41,937 nucleotides of DNA from Vicugna vicugna (taxonomy: Eukaryota): positions 5,736,976 to 5,778,912 of the forward strand of contig MU058824.1 of assembly GCA_013265495.1 (NCBI GenBank). Reading direction: 5' to 3'. A program made the position numbers and the translations under genes. The notes under the pieces are model-generated. The model saw nothing but the letters and a program-made list of their open reading frames with translations, had not been told where the DNA came from and ran no database searches. Within the stretch, counting starts at the first letter, position 1, and every line of letters starts with the position of its first letter. Below, piece after piece: positions 25,204 through 37,131 of this stretch.

Positions 25204-25351
25204 TATTTAAAAAAATTTAATTTTTCCTTCTTTTGGGGTAGGTAATTAGATTTACTTATTTATTTTTTTAGAGGAGGTACTGGGGATTGAACCTAGGACT
25301 TCGTGCATGCTAAACACGCACTCTACCACTTGAGCTATAACCCCCTCTCCC
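25204..25351 (-). mobile_element. tRNA-derived SINE, camelid Vic-1 type, nested in the old L1
   Basis: Reverse complement reads tatagctcaagtggtagagtgcgtgtttagcatgcacgaagtcctaggttcaatccccagtacctcc...taattacct; 14-bp TSD CAAGCTATTTTATT at 25190-25203 and 25358-25371. Confidence 0.92.
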
Positions 25352-26355
25352 TTACTTCAAGCTATTTTATTACAAACAAAGACTGTTCTTTGTCATGTGC
25401 AATCATTGAAGTCTCCATGTTCAGCTAACGTTCTGAAAAATATTTCCTTGAATGCCAGGAACTCTTCTATTCTTTGCAGATTGGGTTTGTTCTGGCACAA
25501 TCCTTCAAAGCTTAGCTAGGTTTATTCGAAGTTCAGAGATAATCCTGAAGTAAAAGCTTAAGGTCCTCTCAAGTATTTCTTGAGCATGCATCTTGCCTGG
25601 GCATGTGCATGACTTTTTAAATTCTTCTATATACATGGCTGCTTTGAGTGTCTTAATTCCCTGAAAAGTCTCACCCTAGCTTCACCTCCAGGATGTAGAT
25701 AGTCTATTATATGTCTCCATGTGTAATCTCACGCTTCTGGCATGTGTGTATTTGTAAGCTTTTATGAGCAATGCTTACCACTTTTCCTGCCTTACCACTT
25801 TTTCCTGGGTGGGTGAAACAGAGATAAACACCTTACATCAGTCCTTTGCATATCTCTCAGACTAAGTTAGACCAGACATGCATAAAAATTCACAAACAAG
25901 TTCTGCTCTGCTTCTTCTGGTTTGAGGTAGGGAATTGGGAATCAGGATGCTGATGCTTAAAGACCAAAGCCACTGGCATGACAGAGAGGGAGTGGTTTTG
26001 TCAGGGCAAGGGTGAGTCAAAGTACAACAAAACTTAACTACCCTTTTCAAGACGGCTTTTTAAAAATTTGTCATTGGTTTGGTAGCTGAAAACCTTTGAC
26101 TATTTTTCAGAGTTTGGACAAGGTTGGTTCAGACATTTCTTCTTATTTTTAAAATATTTTTGTAGGAGAGTAAGAGATTCCTACTCCACCATTTTTTGAC
26201 ATCACTTGAAAAGTTTGCAGCACAATTTTAAGAAGTCACTTTTGGAGCTAATGTTCTTGTCCATTGCATCTAGACTAGATGAATTCTTATTTCCATAGGT
26301 GAACTTCAAATTTTTTAGACTTTAAAAACTGACTTAAAAATGGCTTACACAATTT

Positions 26356-26373
26356 TTTTCAAAATTGAAGTAC
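26356..26373 (-). mobile_element. Ultra-short L1 3'-tail insertion with TSD
   Basis: ttttcaaaattgaagtac flanked by aatggcttacacaattt (26339-26355) and aatggcttccataattt (26374-26390); matches the L1 terminus ttttaaattgaagta near 28227. Confidence 0.6.
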
Positions 26374-28210
26374 AATGGCTTCCATAATTTAAAAAAAATT
26401 AATGTGTTGGAATGGCAGTTCCTTGTTTGAATTTGCTAAGTTTTTTTTTTTTTTTTAACAGCAGAGACGAGCTCTTGTAGTTGTGGCATTCCAATTCTTA
26501 TCAGCATTGTTGGTATTAAATTGATACCAATTACTTCATAATTAGCTCTTTACCCCACTCATAGTAAACCTGGAGTTTGCCTTTAAACATACTACTAACT
26601 TTTAAAATTGGTAAATATTGGACCCTCCCTTCTATTGTTTTTTAAACTCTCTTTGATTATATTTCTCTAAATGAATGAAGATGACTTTATTCTATTCCTA
26701 CTAAACTCTGTCTGTATGGAGCCACATTCTTCTTAACCTCTCAAAAATGAGTTTTAAAGTCAAATGTTCTCATAATTCCCTCTCCTTGAAAATGTCTTTC
26801 AAAGATCGTTAGCAGAATTTTATACATGTAGACTTCTAAAAAGGACAAAAAAATCTGCAGAATTTGATCAAGAAATTTTCCTTCACTTTGCATTTAATAA
26901 AGTATCTTCCTTTCAAGCCATCGTTCAAAGACAAAAAGAAATGATAAGAAGAGTCATGGGTCCTGGAAGCATTCTCCTTTATCTTCTAAGAAAACCAAGT
27001 TCCATTGAAGAAGAGAAGGCAAAGATCTAAAGTTATCTATGTTCACAGGGGCACCCAACCAGGCCAGGTGAGACAGAAAGCAGAGTGAGGGATGTATGTC
27101 TAAAGATTCACTATGAAGTCAAAGAAGAATACAAAGCTTTTGGCTTAAAGAATATTGTCTCTACTTTTACACAGTGCAAGATTATGTGGAAACTGATTAC
27201 AATAGAAAATTCTCTAATACTTCTTATTATTTTCAACAATGGTGCAAGGCCTGAATGTTGGGAAAGCAGAGTAAGAAAAATGCAGAGTTGCCCTAAATTT
27301 ATCACCCCTCACCAGGGCCCCCAGGGTGCTGGTTAATAAATGGCTCCTCACTTGCATACCAGCTGCATTTGCTCAAGGCTCTTCCAAAGAGTTCATCCAC
27401 TTCACATTAGTCAGCAGCTTTCTATAAGAAAAATCTTCACTTTGCCTCACTGGAGGATTATTCAGCCTTATAAAACACACCAAATTCTCCACTCTCAATA
27501 GGCATTTAATTAACCCCCATTGATTCACCAAGCAAAGCAGCCAATAAGAATTTTCTGACTTTTCATTGTGGCTCTAGGATATCTGCCCACTTCCTGGTAC
27601 TTTGAAAATTTCTATCCCAGTTTCATTCTAAGTTTTCAAAGTAGAGAGAGCAAAAAAAAAAAAAAAATTTCTTCAGGTAGCCTACCAGCACTTGTCGATC
27701 ATCTATGTGGTGTAAACTGACTACCTACCGCAGAGATTAGGGAGAGGTAGGAGGATAGTCTTTGTGGAACAGGGTGTATACAAAGTACTATGTGTGCACA
27801 GTCACTCAGGACTGTTTCACAGAGGCTACCTAGGAAGTCCTCCTGTAAACCTGAGGTTACAGGACCTCTCAGCATGCTACCTAGGGGGTGGCTGTCTTTA
27901 TAGGAAGGCTCTATCTGGATATGGTTCACATTATGGACTTGACTCCAAAGCAAAAGTAGGGAAGTATTTGCTCCTGAGGGGATGCTGATTTTAAACATCA
28001 TTTTACCTGACCTTTGGGCAATTACTTAGACTACATTTCCATTCTATTGTTGAGAAAAAAAATATAATTATAAAGTCTTTAGCAACAGTATACAAGATTT
28101 ATGCACCTAGCTGGATCCTGAAACAGGATTTTCTCTCCCTAATCTTCTAATATGTTTTGTTCCCAAATTCATATATAGTAGAAATTTATCAACTATCCCT
28201 CTGTACTAGT

Positions 28211-28478
28211 TTTTCTTTTCTTTCCTTTTTAAATTGAAGTATAGTTGGTTTACAATGTTGTGTTAATTTCTGGTGTACAGCACAGTGATCCAGCTATACA
28301 TAGTTACATATTCCTTCTCATATTCTTATTCATTATAGGCTATTACAAGATATTGAATATAGTTTCCTCTGCTATACAGTAGGATCTTGTTATTTATCTG
28401 TTTTATATATAGTAGTTACTATCTGCAAATCCTGAACTTCCATTTTACTCCTCCACCCTCCGCTTTCCCTCTGGTAAC
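28211..28478 (-). mobile_element. L1 3' end (non-inverted part of a 5'-inverted insertion)
   Basis: T-rich tail then aaattgaagtatagttggtttacaatgttgtgttaatttctggtgtacagc...ttccctctggtaac. Confidence 0.9.
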
Positions 28479-29004
28479 ACCAGTCAGAATGGCCAACATT
28501 AAAAAGTCCATTACTGCTGGAGAGGGTGTGGAGAAAAGGGAACCCTTCTACTCTGCTGGTGGGAATGTAGTTTGGTGTAGCCATTATGGAAAACAGTATG
28601 GAGATTCCTTAAAAAATTGAAAATAGACTTACCCTATGATCCAGCAATCCCACTCATGGGCATATAGCTGGAGAAAATTCTAAATCTAAAAGATACATGC
28701 ACCCTAATGTTCACAGCAGCACTATTTACAATAACCAAGATATGGAAGCAACCTAAATGTCCATTGACAGATGACTGGATAAAGAAGTTGTGGTATATTT
28801 ATACAATGGAATACTACTCAGACATAAAAAATACAACAATGCCATTTGTAGCAATATGGATGGACACGGAGATTGTCATACTAAGCAAGCCACAAAAAGA
28901 AAGAAAAATACCGTATGATATAACTTATATGTGGAATCTGAAAAAATGACACAATAAACTTGTTTACAAAACAGAAAGTGACTCACAGACACAAAACAAA
29001 CTTA
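28477..29004 (+). mobile_element. Inverted part of the same L1 (ORF2 C-terminus and start of 3'UTR)
   Basis: ORF2 C-terminal remnants TPVRMANIKK... and MFTAALFTITKIWKQPKCPLTDDWIKKLWYIYTMEYYS; ends at acagacacaaaacaaactta. Confidence 0.92.
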
Positions 29005-29230
29005 GGAGCTTTTCTAAATTACCTCACTTATTATTTAGAATCACTGTGAAGTCGGTATTATGAGACTTTCGTAACACCTACTAGTACATACTAGGGTCTC
29101 AGTAAATACATGGTGAAAGAGAAAAGCTACATGGATAAATAAATGAGTATACAAATGGCTGAGATAGTGTTAAGTGACTTGATCATAACCACAGAACTAC
29201 TAAGCTGGAGAGTTGGTGTTTAAAGTTGAA
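29005..29230 (-). mobile_element. MIR relic (probable host of the inverted L1), possibly with an L2 tail piece
   Basis: tacctcacttatt...tcactgtgaagtcggtattat...ggctgagatagtgttaagtgactt...accacagaactactaag. Confidence 0.5.
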
Positions 29231-30364
29231 AAAATGAGGGTGGGGTTTTTGCAGACTTGATCTAAGCTAGTTTGCCCATTCAAAATTTTTTTAGTTACTT
29301 TCGTATATATCAGTGGCCTCCAAATGTCATAAATAGATGGAACTAATGCCTCCTCACAGATTGTATTTATTGATAACATCAAGTCTTAAAAAGGAATTCT
29401 GCCATATTTCCACAATTCATTAGCGAGAAGGTACAACACAGTCATACATCCATTTCTTGTAAGCTTATTGGTATCCCCACTCCTTACCCTGTTAAACATT
29501 CTGACAAGCAGCTTACTTGTAAGATGTACCCCGAAGGCAAATGCAGCAAATATTCTGATGGCAGGATAACTAACTAATCTCTGGTTGGATCAAGGAACAG
29601 AATCCTCTATTCAGTGGGGGAACAGAGGACTACTGAAGTTCCAGATCATGAACTTGCTCCCAGAGAGTAAAGCTACTGTCTGCAGCTTCCTGTTCTTCAT
29701 TCATGAGAGGAAAGAGCTGCCTGTACTGACCTTCCAGCCAGCCCCTCTGGCCACGTAGAGTGTGGCAAATGCAGAACGCTATTGTTGCCATAATAGCTAC
29801 CTTGCTTGCCCCAGGCATATCTTTCTTCCAGAAACTGATGAAATCCTTGACCTGAAGCTATTCTCAGATATGGTCACCCTCTGGAAAAAGGCCAGAGCAC
29901 AGATATTGCACTTCTGTCTGGGAGCCTCCAGAGGGTGCTCTCTCCTCTGCCACTACTGCTGGGAAGTGACCACTCCTTATGGTAGCTCTGTTAACCATCA
30001 TTTACGTTGTTATCCCTGCATCATCCTGGAGATGGGAGTGACCCAGGAGTGGAAGGAACTACCTGGGTCTCCAAACTCCTTCTCTTCCTCACTGGACATA
30101 CATCTCTGGAGAACAGGTCCTGCCAGGAAAACCCTGAGGGAAAACCACCTCCTTCCTATTTCTCTATTCAAGGTGTAAGGCAGCTTTGATTTGATTTTGC
30201 TTTGTACTCCCCTGAGTGAGGAATACAGTCTTCAAAGTAAGACCGAGCTCAGAGTTAAGTGTTGACCTTTTTCTTAACTTTAATTCTCTAACTTTCAAGC
30301 AGTGGAGAGGAGAACATACCAGTACTTCTTAATGAAACATACAGTGCTCTGTGTCTTAAACACA

Positions 30365-30500
30365 CATTCATTCCAACAACTTTTAAGTGCCTACCACTGG
30401 CCAGACACTGTGTACTAACTAGTTAGGCCCTGGGACACTGTGCTAAAGAAAACCTTCACAGTCCCTGACCTCAAGAGTCTTACAATCTGTAAGAATGCTT
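30365..30500 (-). mobile_element. L2 3' fragment
   Basis: cattcattccaacaacttttaagtgcctaccactggccagacactgtg...cagtccctgacctcaagagtcttacaatct. Confidence 0.75.
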
Positions 30501-32461
30501 AATAAAAGTGAAGAAAATTCAAGTGCACTGGGTAATGCAAAAGAAGAGAGTCATGGTGTTAGGAATGTAACCACACCCTAGTCCTTTACATCCTGAGAGT
30601 CACAATCTGGGCCCTAAAAGTTCTTCAATCCATTACCATTACTTCTCCTTCCAGACACCTAAGGAAGATATGTAAATGACCCCAGGATATGTAACTTTTT
30701 TCATCCCAGGTGGTAGGCATGATTCATCATAGTCCTTCGCTATCCCAGAATTAGACTGGGTCTCTCAACTTTCTGAAACAAGCATGTGAAAATTATATTA
30801 GAGACTAAAAACGTAAGAAAGCAAAACACAAGGTGACCTGAGAGTACCAAATAGATAGTTTGATTAATAACAGAAGAATAATAATGTGAAGCCATAAACA
30901 TGAGGCCTGCTTTTGTTTGCTCTGTTATCTGTTAAGTCTTTCATTTTATTTTACAAAACTGAGAACTGGCATACAAGCTACACAGTATCTATTTAACCAA
31001 AATGTCAGTTTCTACTTGCTTTGCCCTCCATAGTGCATGGTTATAAAACACCTGGAGATATACAAAGTATAATGGAAAGAATTGGGGCCTTGGATTTGGG
31101 CAAATTCTAGTTTTACCACTTAGTATCATTGTGTATCTGTACCTTCTTTTGCAATGGGGACCCAAATAGGCTTTTGGACCTACACTGGCAGCCTGCTAGC
31201 TTGTCCTTTGCTATCAGATCATCATACGGTGTGTTCCTGTGAGCCATCATTTCCTGGTAAGGCTACTTTTCTTTTTCCCACAGAAAAAACTCAAGAGTAT
31301 ATCTGAAGATTTCTGAGCATGTGAGAGCTAGTGTCTACCAAGCTGTCCATCTTCTTGAGGTAGAGCAGGAAACATAACTCACTGAAGGCTGCTGTTGCCA
31401 ACTCGTGCATGAGTTATCCAACTTTGTGTGCAGGTAAGTGCCATGACAGACCAGGTATGAAATATGAAACACACTGTGCTGTGCCATATAAATCTTTGTT
31501 TCTCATTGTTTGCTCCTGCAATGCACTGGTTCATGGCATGGGTTTGGAAAACTAAAGGTTAGGAAAAGGTCAGTGTAGAATGTGGGCACAGAGCATTGTG
31601 AATGAGTGGTTTGTGAGCTTGACAGTGGGGTAAAGCAGAGGAGACAGTGTGTGGGGATCAGAGGACACCTATCTGGAAATGGATCCCTATCAGGAAGGAG
31701 CCTGGAAATCTGAGAAAAGCTGTACTTTCCAGGGCATTTTTTTAGCCTTGGGAAGTCATCATTCTGTTAATGGCTGCAAAGGTCATGGTGGTAATTTTTC
31801 AAAAGTGATTTTTAGAATTGGTGTTTATATTAATTTTGACTCTATTCTAAGTAACATAAACCAAACTAAAACAGGCTCACAACGGGGTTGGCGGGTAATA
31901 ATTTACTGGTTCAGGTAACTGAAAAGTTCAAGACTGGATTTAGATGTCCAAACTATGACACAAAGCATCTGTCTTTCTCCATCTTTGTCTATGCTTTTTT
32001 TTTCCACAGAGAGGACCAGTGAGGGGTCAAAGATGGCTAGTAACAGTTCCAGGATTAGCTTCCTCCAACTTAGAAACACCAGCAGTAAGTTTCTTCTTGA
32101 CATCTCTAGGGATTCTTCTAATTAGTTGTGCTTCCACTAATCTCTTTGGCCAAGCCCAGATCTAGTGTCCCTCCTAAGTGGAGTAGGCTCAATTCCAGAT
32201 GAAGCACATGGCCTGAAGGGAAGTAATAGCTAAAGAAAGAGACAGGTTCTCTTAACATGAGGGGTGCTGAGCAGACAAAAATGAGGTGTACACCTCAGAG
32301 GTATGGTTGCCTTTAGCCATATGAAGAAAGAGTACCAAATTAGAATAATTAAATTTCTCCATGATATATGCTCCTCTTCCACTTGAGAGTCTAGATGGGA
32401 TTTTTAAAGATACCACTCTTTTCTTTTCCTCCCTCCCTCCTTTCTTTCTCTCCACAGACGT

Positions 32462-32550
32462 CAGCTGAACACACGGTGTTCCAGGCACAGTGTTGAGTGA
32501 TGGTGATACAGATGAATAAGGTACTGTCCCTGACCTTGAGAAGCTCTAGA
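32462..32550 (-). mobile_element. L2 fragment
   Basis: tgttccaggcacagtgttgagtgatggtgatacagatgaataaggtactgtccctgaccttgagaagctc. Confidence 0.65.
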
Positions 32551-32840
32551 AATTTCCTCAGGTCCACATCAACCCTGGAAAATGTAGTATTAACTTGAGA
32601 TCCTTTGGCTTAAATGTGAGATTCATACAGCGCCTAGGGACATTGTCAAATGACTGGAGAGAAATTCTTGTATGTAGACATGTTCTGGGCTTAGTAGGAA
32701 TTTTTAGGTTTCTTTGTGTGGAGAATCATTAACTATAAAACCATAGCATGCTCAACCCTGACACCTTAGGCTGTAGTGCAAGTATTGAATCACAGGATAG
32801 CTGAAAACAGTTTCTGCCATGTGAAAGCTAGTTAGTAGTC

Positions 32841-33088
32841 ATTATTTGTTATCTTGCCATTTGTGGGTCGCCTACCTGGGGGTATGGGTCGGGACTGTAC
32901 CACTTTCCTGGCCCTCCTACCCATCTTGCTGTGATTCCTTCCTTATATCTCTAGTTGTATAAGATCTTTTCTGCTACTCTTCAGGTTCTTCTCATTGACA
33001 GTTGTTCTGTAAATAATGCATAATTTTGATGTGTCCATGGGAGGAGTTGAGCTCAAGGTCTTCCTACTCCACTATCTTGGCCACTGTC
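32841..33088 (-). mobile_element. Isolated L1 5'UTR fragment (laurasiatherian-type 5' end)
   Basis: Reverse complement begins gccaagatagtggagtaggaagaccttgagctcaactcctcccatggacacatcaaaatta...; same architecture as the L1 5' end at 41761. Confidence 0.8.
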
Positions 33089-33094
33089 TTTCAA

Positions 33095-33160
33095 ATCATT
33101 TTACACTTTGATATAAATGGACAAATGTGGCTAGCAATTACCATACTGGACTGTGCAGGA
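33095..33160. mobile_element. MER3/MER33-like hAT terminal fragment
   Basis: caaatgtggctagcaattaccatactggactgtgcag. Confidence 0.55.
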
Positions 33161-34469
33161 ATCAATCTCTACAGTCCCAGGCAACTCCCAAATTCCAGGG
33201 TTTTAGAACTAGCCTGCAAGTGAAGATTGTTAACTCTGGGTTTCACTGCATGAAAGTCCCTTTAAGCATCAAAATCCATTTTGGGTTCTCAAACACTGCA
33301 GTTTCCATTCAGCTTTCCAATTCAGTTGAAAGATGAGTAAAGGTACATGTAAACAGAAAAGCTCCCAGGAGAATGAACATCATCTCAACAGGGCTCTTGT
33401 CAGCTGAGCGTTCCAGTAGACTCCCAGAATACATTTTCCTTGTGAACTATTCTGCTATGGCAGCCAGCCACTGAAATATTTCTAGGAGGCTGGAGCCATC
33501 CTCCCAGGCTTTTCTGATACAGGCTGTTGCTTCAGGCTCATGAGGCACACATACCTGCAGTGGGACTGTGCCACACCAAAAAAGATGATATGGAGATTTA
33601 GAAATTACTGCTATTTGAACCAACAAAGATAGCCCAGCCAGGTATGGCAAGATCCTCAAAGCCAGAAAAGTTTCAATAGAGATGGAAATTACCACACTGC
33701 CTGGACTGACTCTGTGCCGGTTAGCTCTTAAGACTCGTTCACCAGTTCACCAGCTGGCAAGTACCAATTTGGACTGGTCAGTGCTCCCTTCTGAAGGGTT
33801 GAGCTTTCCCCAACATTATCATCTCTAGGGCTGCTGGGTCCACATTGGGTAGAAGAGCAAGAGCTGAATTATATATTGAACCCTGTTCAGATTGTCCCCT
33901 GAGTAGCAGATCAACTTTTCCAAGTTCTGCTTTATGCTTCAATGCCTAATCCATGAATCCACTCAGCTCAAGGTATACAGCGTCACCTTGAAGGAACCAT
34001 CCAGCACAAGGACTTGGTTACGTCTACAAACTGCCAATTGGTCTTCTTTACATACATCTCTGCCCCCAGAGGATTCGGGCAGATGAGACAGCATTGCCCA
34101 GGGAAAGAGTGGAGGCTTACAGCCACACTGCTGAGTGAGCACGCCTGCCCACCCTGATGCCAACTTGTCCTCTGAGATCTGAGAAATGCAAAGGATCATG
34201 AGAAGCAACTTGAGTTATTCACTACAGTGCTCTTGCTTTATTCAGATGCCATGGATGCCAGGGACAAAAGCTTATAAAGTGGCATCAGACAGAGTAAGTG
34301 TTGACTTCTAGTTCAAAGTGGTGCTGAAACCTCCTTCTGGGTTTGCATTTGAGGAGTTTTGTCAGGACTGGTTCCTAGTGGGGAAGCTTTTATTGTCTGG
34401 GTACCCAAAGGCTGTCCTAAAGTTCATTTTATTGCCCCTTCTCTCATATCTGGTGGCACCCATATGGTT

Positions 34470-34937
34470 GTCATTTATTCATACAGAGCACCTCCTGCCT
34501 GTCAGAAGCTATTTCAGAAACTGTTTGGGTAGTGACCAAAATAGCCTCTATGGAGCTTATATTTTTATGAGGAGGGTGGAGGGCAGGAAAGACTGAGACA
34601 GCAAACAAGTGAATAAATATTTAATATGTTGGGCAGTGGGAAATGCTGGAGAGAATGTAGCTCAGAGATGATGATAAGGATTGAGAGATTGCTATTTTTA
34701 TAAGGTAGTCAGGGCAGAATTCTCTCTGATAAAAACACTTGGGTATACCCCAGATGGACATGAGGGAGTGACCTATTTTATCAACTGTGGAAAAAGTGTT
34801 CCAGGCAGAGGGAAAAATCAGTGCAAAGGCCTGGAGGCAGGAGGGTGCTTGGCGACTTTGAAGAACTACAATGAGACGATGTAGCTGGAGAGGTCTGAGC
34901 AAGGAGGAAAGTGGCAAAAGATGAAATGGGGTGGGGG

Positions 34938-35010
<73 letters not shown>

Positions 35011-35305
35011 GAACATGTAGGGCCTTATAGGCCATTGCATGGAATTTGGCTTTTATTCTGAATGAGATGGAAGGCATAGCAGGATTTTAAACATAGACTT
35101 GCACAACCTAACTTCAAGTATCACTCTGGCCACAGTGTGGAGAACAGTTTGCAGGCAGACGAGCCTGGAAGTGGATGACTGATGGAGGTGGCCCAGCATT
35201 CTTAGGGCCTGGTATATACTTAATGTAAGCGAACAGGATTTACTGATGAACTGGTTATGAGGTGTGAGAAAAACAGGATTCAAGGACTGACTCTAGAGTT
35301 ATCAC
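34470..35305 (-). mobile_element. L2 (L2a-like) 3' portion
   Basis: tcatttattca...gagcacctcctg...atggagcttatatt...gtgttccaggcagagggaaaaatcagtgcaaaggcctggaggcagga...tttggcttttattctgaatgagatgg...tcactctggc...caaggactgactc. Confidence 0.88.
34941..35007. repeat. Compound microsatellite (AG)15(TG)18
   Basis: Read directly; preceded by a G-run at 34933-34940. Confidence 0.97.
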
Positions 35306-35499
35306 AAAAGCAATTTCTTTGTACATCGTAACAGAAGGAATGCCGGTTTGCTGGAATAAGGTACACTGGCATGTGAGACTTCTGACACGTTCTAGCAAGT
35401 AAGGAGCAGTCATCAGTTCAGTCTAATTCAGCAAACGGCACAGACTGGGGAGTCCAAAGAGTTTGGTAGGAGGAAGGCTGTCAACCTCTTTTACCTTCC

Positions 35500-35650
35500 T
35501 TGGGGTTTTTATCCATCCCAGGTCTCCATTTCTTCATCTTATGGAATTGTTGAAAGAATTAAATAAGGTAAGCAAAGCACCAAGCATGCAGTATGGCTTC
35601 CAGTAAGCATTCAGTACAGCCATACCTACAAAAGCTGATTTTCATTATTG
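35500..35650 (+). mobile_element. MIR relic
   Basis: tctccatttcttcatctt...ttgttgaaagaattaaataagg...aaagcaccaagcatgcagtatggcttccagtaagcattcagta. Confidence 0.6.
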
Positions 35651-36663
35651 TACCTCACAAATTAAACAACCTATAAAACCAGGGCAATGAGCTCATTCTC
35701 TTTTATGTTGGTATCAGTTTATGCTCATAAAAGGCTTAATTTCACTCATCTCTCTCTTGAGACTTGAAGGGTGAGGGACGTGGGCATGGGGAGTGGTACC
35801 CCCTGGGACAAGAAATAATTCTTAAATGCAACTGTGTGTTCTTTCCCTTCACATTGGTGCCGTTGCAGAGTGGGAGCTCACATCAGAGTGTATCGTAAAG
35901 CAGCTTTATTAAAAATAATACTAATAAAAAAGGATCCAGGTTAATTCCAGCTCTTGACCCTGTGAGCAGCACTTACATGGGCAGAAGGGGATGCCCTCCA
36001 ATACGGGTATTGATTTCCACATATAAATCCCTCCTCACAGAATCCTCTCTTCATTGCAGCCAGTGTAAAAGTAATCATTCTCTTTATGATCACTCCTTCA
36101 AGTCAGACCCCAAGCCACTTGTAAAAGAAAGGAGAAAAGCCAGGAAGGCGAGCCCTGCAGCAGGAAGGCATATGAGGCATCTCCGTTTTATGAGCAGTGC
36201 TCTGGGAGAGCTCCAGACCCAAAAAGCTAATTGTCCTGAAGACAGGTGAGACCATACAGATGCAGTGACAACCAGAACTCTCTGCAAAATCCGTTCAGAG
36301 TGTAGCGTGGGGAGCAAACTGTTCTGTAACTGAAGGGAGCCCAGAATAGAATCAATCATCTCACCTCTCATACACACACAGCCCACTTGCCCCATTTCTC
36401 TCCCTACTCCAAGTATGTCCCACACCTCAAGGGGCCTCTTGTTCGTAGATACAGATGCCCTAGTCCTTATGTCCAAGTTTACTCCAATACACTTCACCTC
36501 CTCAACCTGCACTCTTCAGGGAGAGTCACCCTTGAGCCTGGGGATATGTACTCTACTCAACCAGCAAGATGCACACTTGTGAGGACACTCAGGCCCTGGA
36601 GGTAGCTTATGACTGTAGGTCTGGGAATTCCTGCGTCCTGTTTACCCAGAGCATGGTCTAGAA

Positions 36664-36967
36664 CTGCTCCGTGCAACACAATGACCACATCCCACATATG
36701 GCTACTAAGCCCTTGAAATCCAGCTAGTCTGAACTGAGATGTGCTACAAGTGTAAAATACATCCTAGAATTTGAAGACTTGGTACCAAAAAAAAAAAGAA
36801 CATAAAGTATATCATTAATAATTTTTGTATTGACTATGCTTTGAAATAATATTTTAAATATATTATTAAACTTAATTTCACCTGTTTCTTTTTGCTTTTT
36901 TAAATATGGATACTGGGAAATTCCAAATTACATATCTGGCTAATGTTCTACTGCTATTGCAGAGGTG
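36664..36967. mobile_element. MER33 hAT-Charlie element
   Basis: cacatatggctactaagcccttgaaat...gctagtctgaactgagatgtgctacaagtgtaaaatacatc...ttaatttcacctgtttcttttt...aaattacatat; flanked by GTCTAGAA (36656-36663) and GTCTAGAC (36968-36975). Confidence 0.88.
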
Positions 36968-36975
36968 GTCTAGAC

Positions 36976-37131
36976 CAGTGGTTCTCAAGGCATGGACCCA
37001 GAACCATCAGCATCAGCGTCACCTGAGAATTTGTTAGAAACACATATTCTCAGACATACTGAATCAGCAACACTGGGCCTGGCCATGAGTGTTTGATCAA
37101 GCACTCCAGGCGGCTGTGATGAGAACCACCC
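36976..37131. mobile_element. MER5A hAT-Charlie element
   Basis: cagtggttctcaa...cagcatcagcgtcacctgagaatttgttagaaa...tactgaatcag...gagaaccac; flanked by GTCTAGAC and TTCTAGAA (37132-37139). Confidence 0.88.

Larger units (their letters stand above)
20397..26206 (-). mobile_element. Old near-full-length L1 (L1MB-like), degenerate, with internal deletion and nested insertions
   Basis: 3'UTR start aaaattgtggttaaaatatac...; minus-strand ORF2 remnants translate RIKDLVINLIK (~22095-22125) and [25 protein letters not shown] (~22762-22838); ORF1-like region ~24150-24950; 5' terminus ctactccaccattttttgacatcact. Confidence 0.9.

Noticed and set aside
20479..25245. Series of hydrophobic plus-strand ORFs resembling membrane proteins
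   Set aside because: Antisense readings of T-rich L1 sequence
25774..25807. Short tandem duplicate cttaccacttttcctg
   Set aside because: Ordinary slippage duplication inside a dead L1 5' region
27841..27864. Hairpin tcctgtaaacc-tga-ggttacagga
   Set aside because: A 10-bp stem with a bulge is plausible by chance in 42 kb; no RNA-gene context
29762..30178. 138-aa ORF in non-repeat sequence
   Set aside because: GTG start, no recognisable domain or family motif, and a length compatible with chance
33560..33632. Short reading WDCATPKKMIWRFRNYCYL, reminiscent of a C-type lectin N-terminus
   Set aside because: Ends in a stop, has no clear splice context and no further lectin exons; probably coincidence
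34621..35077. ORFs with THTH/SLSL repeats
   Set aside because: Translation of the microsatellite inside L2
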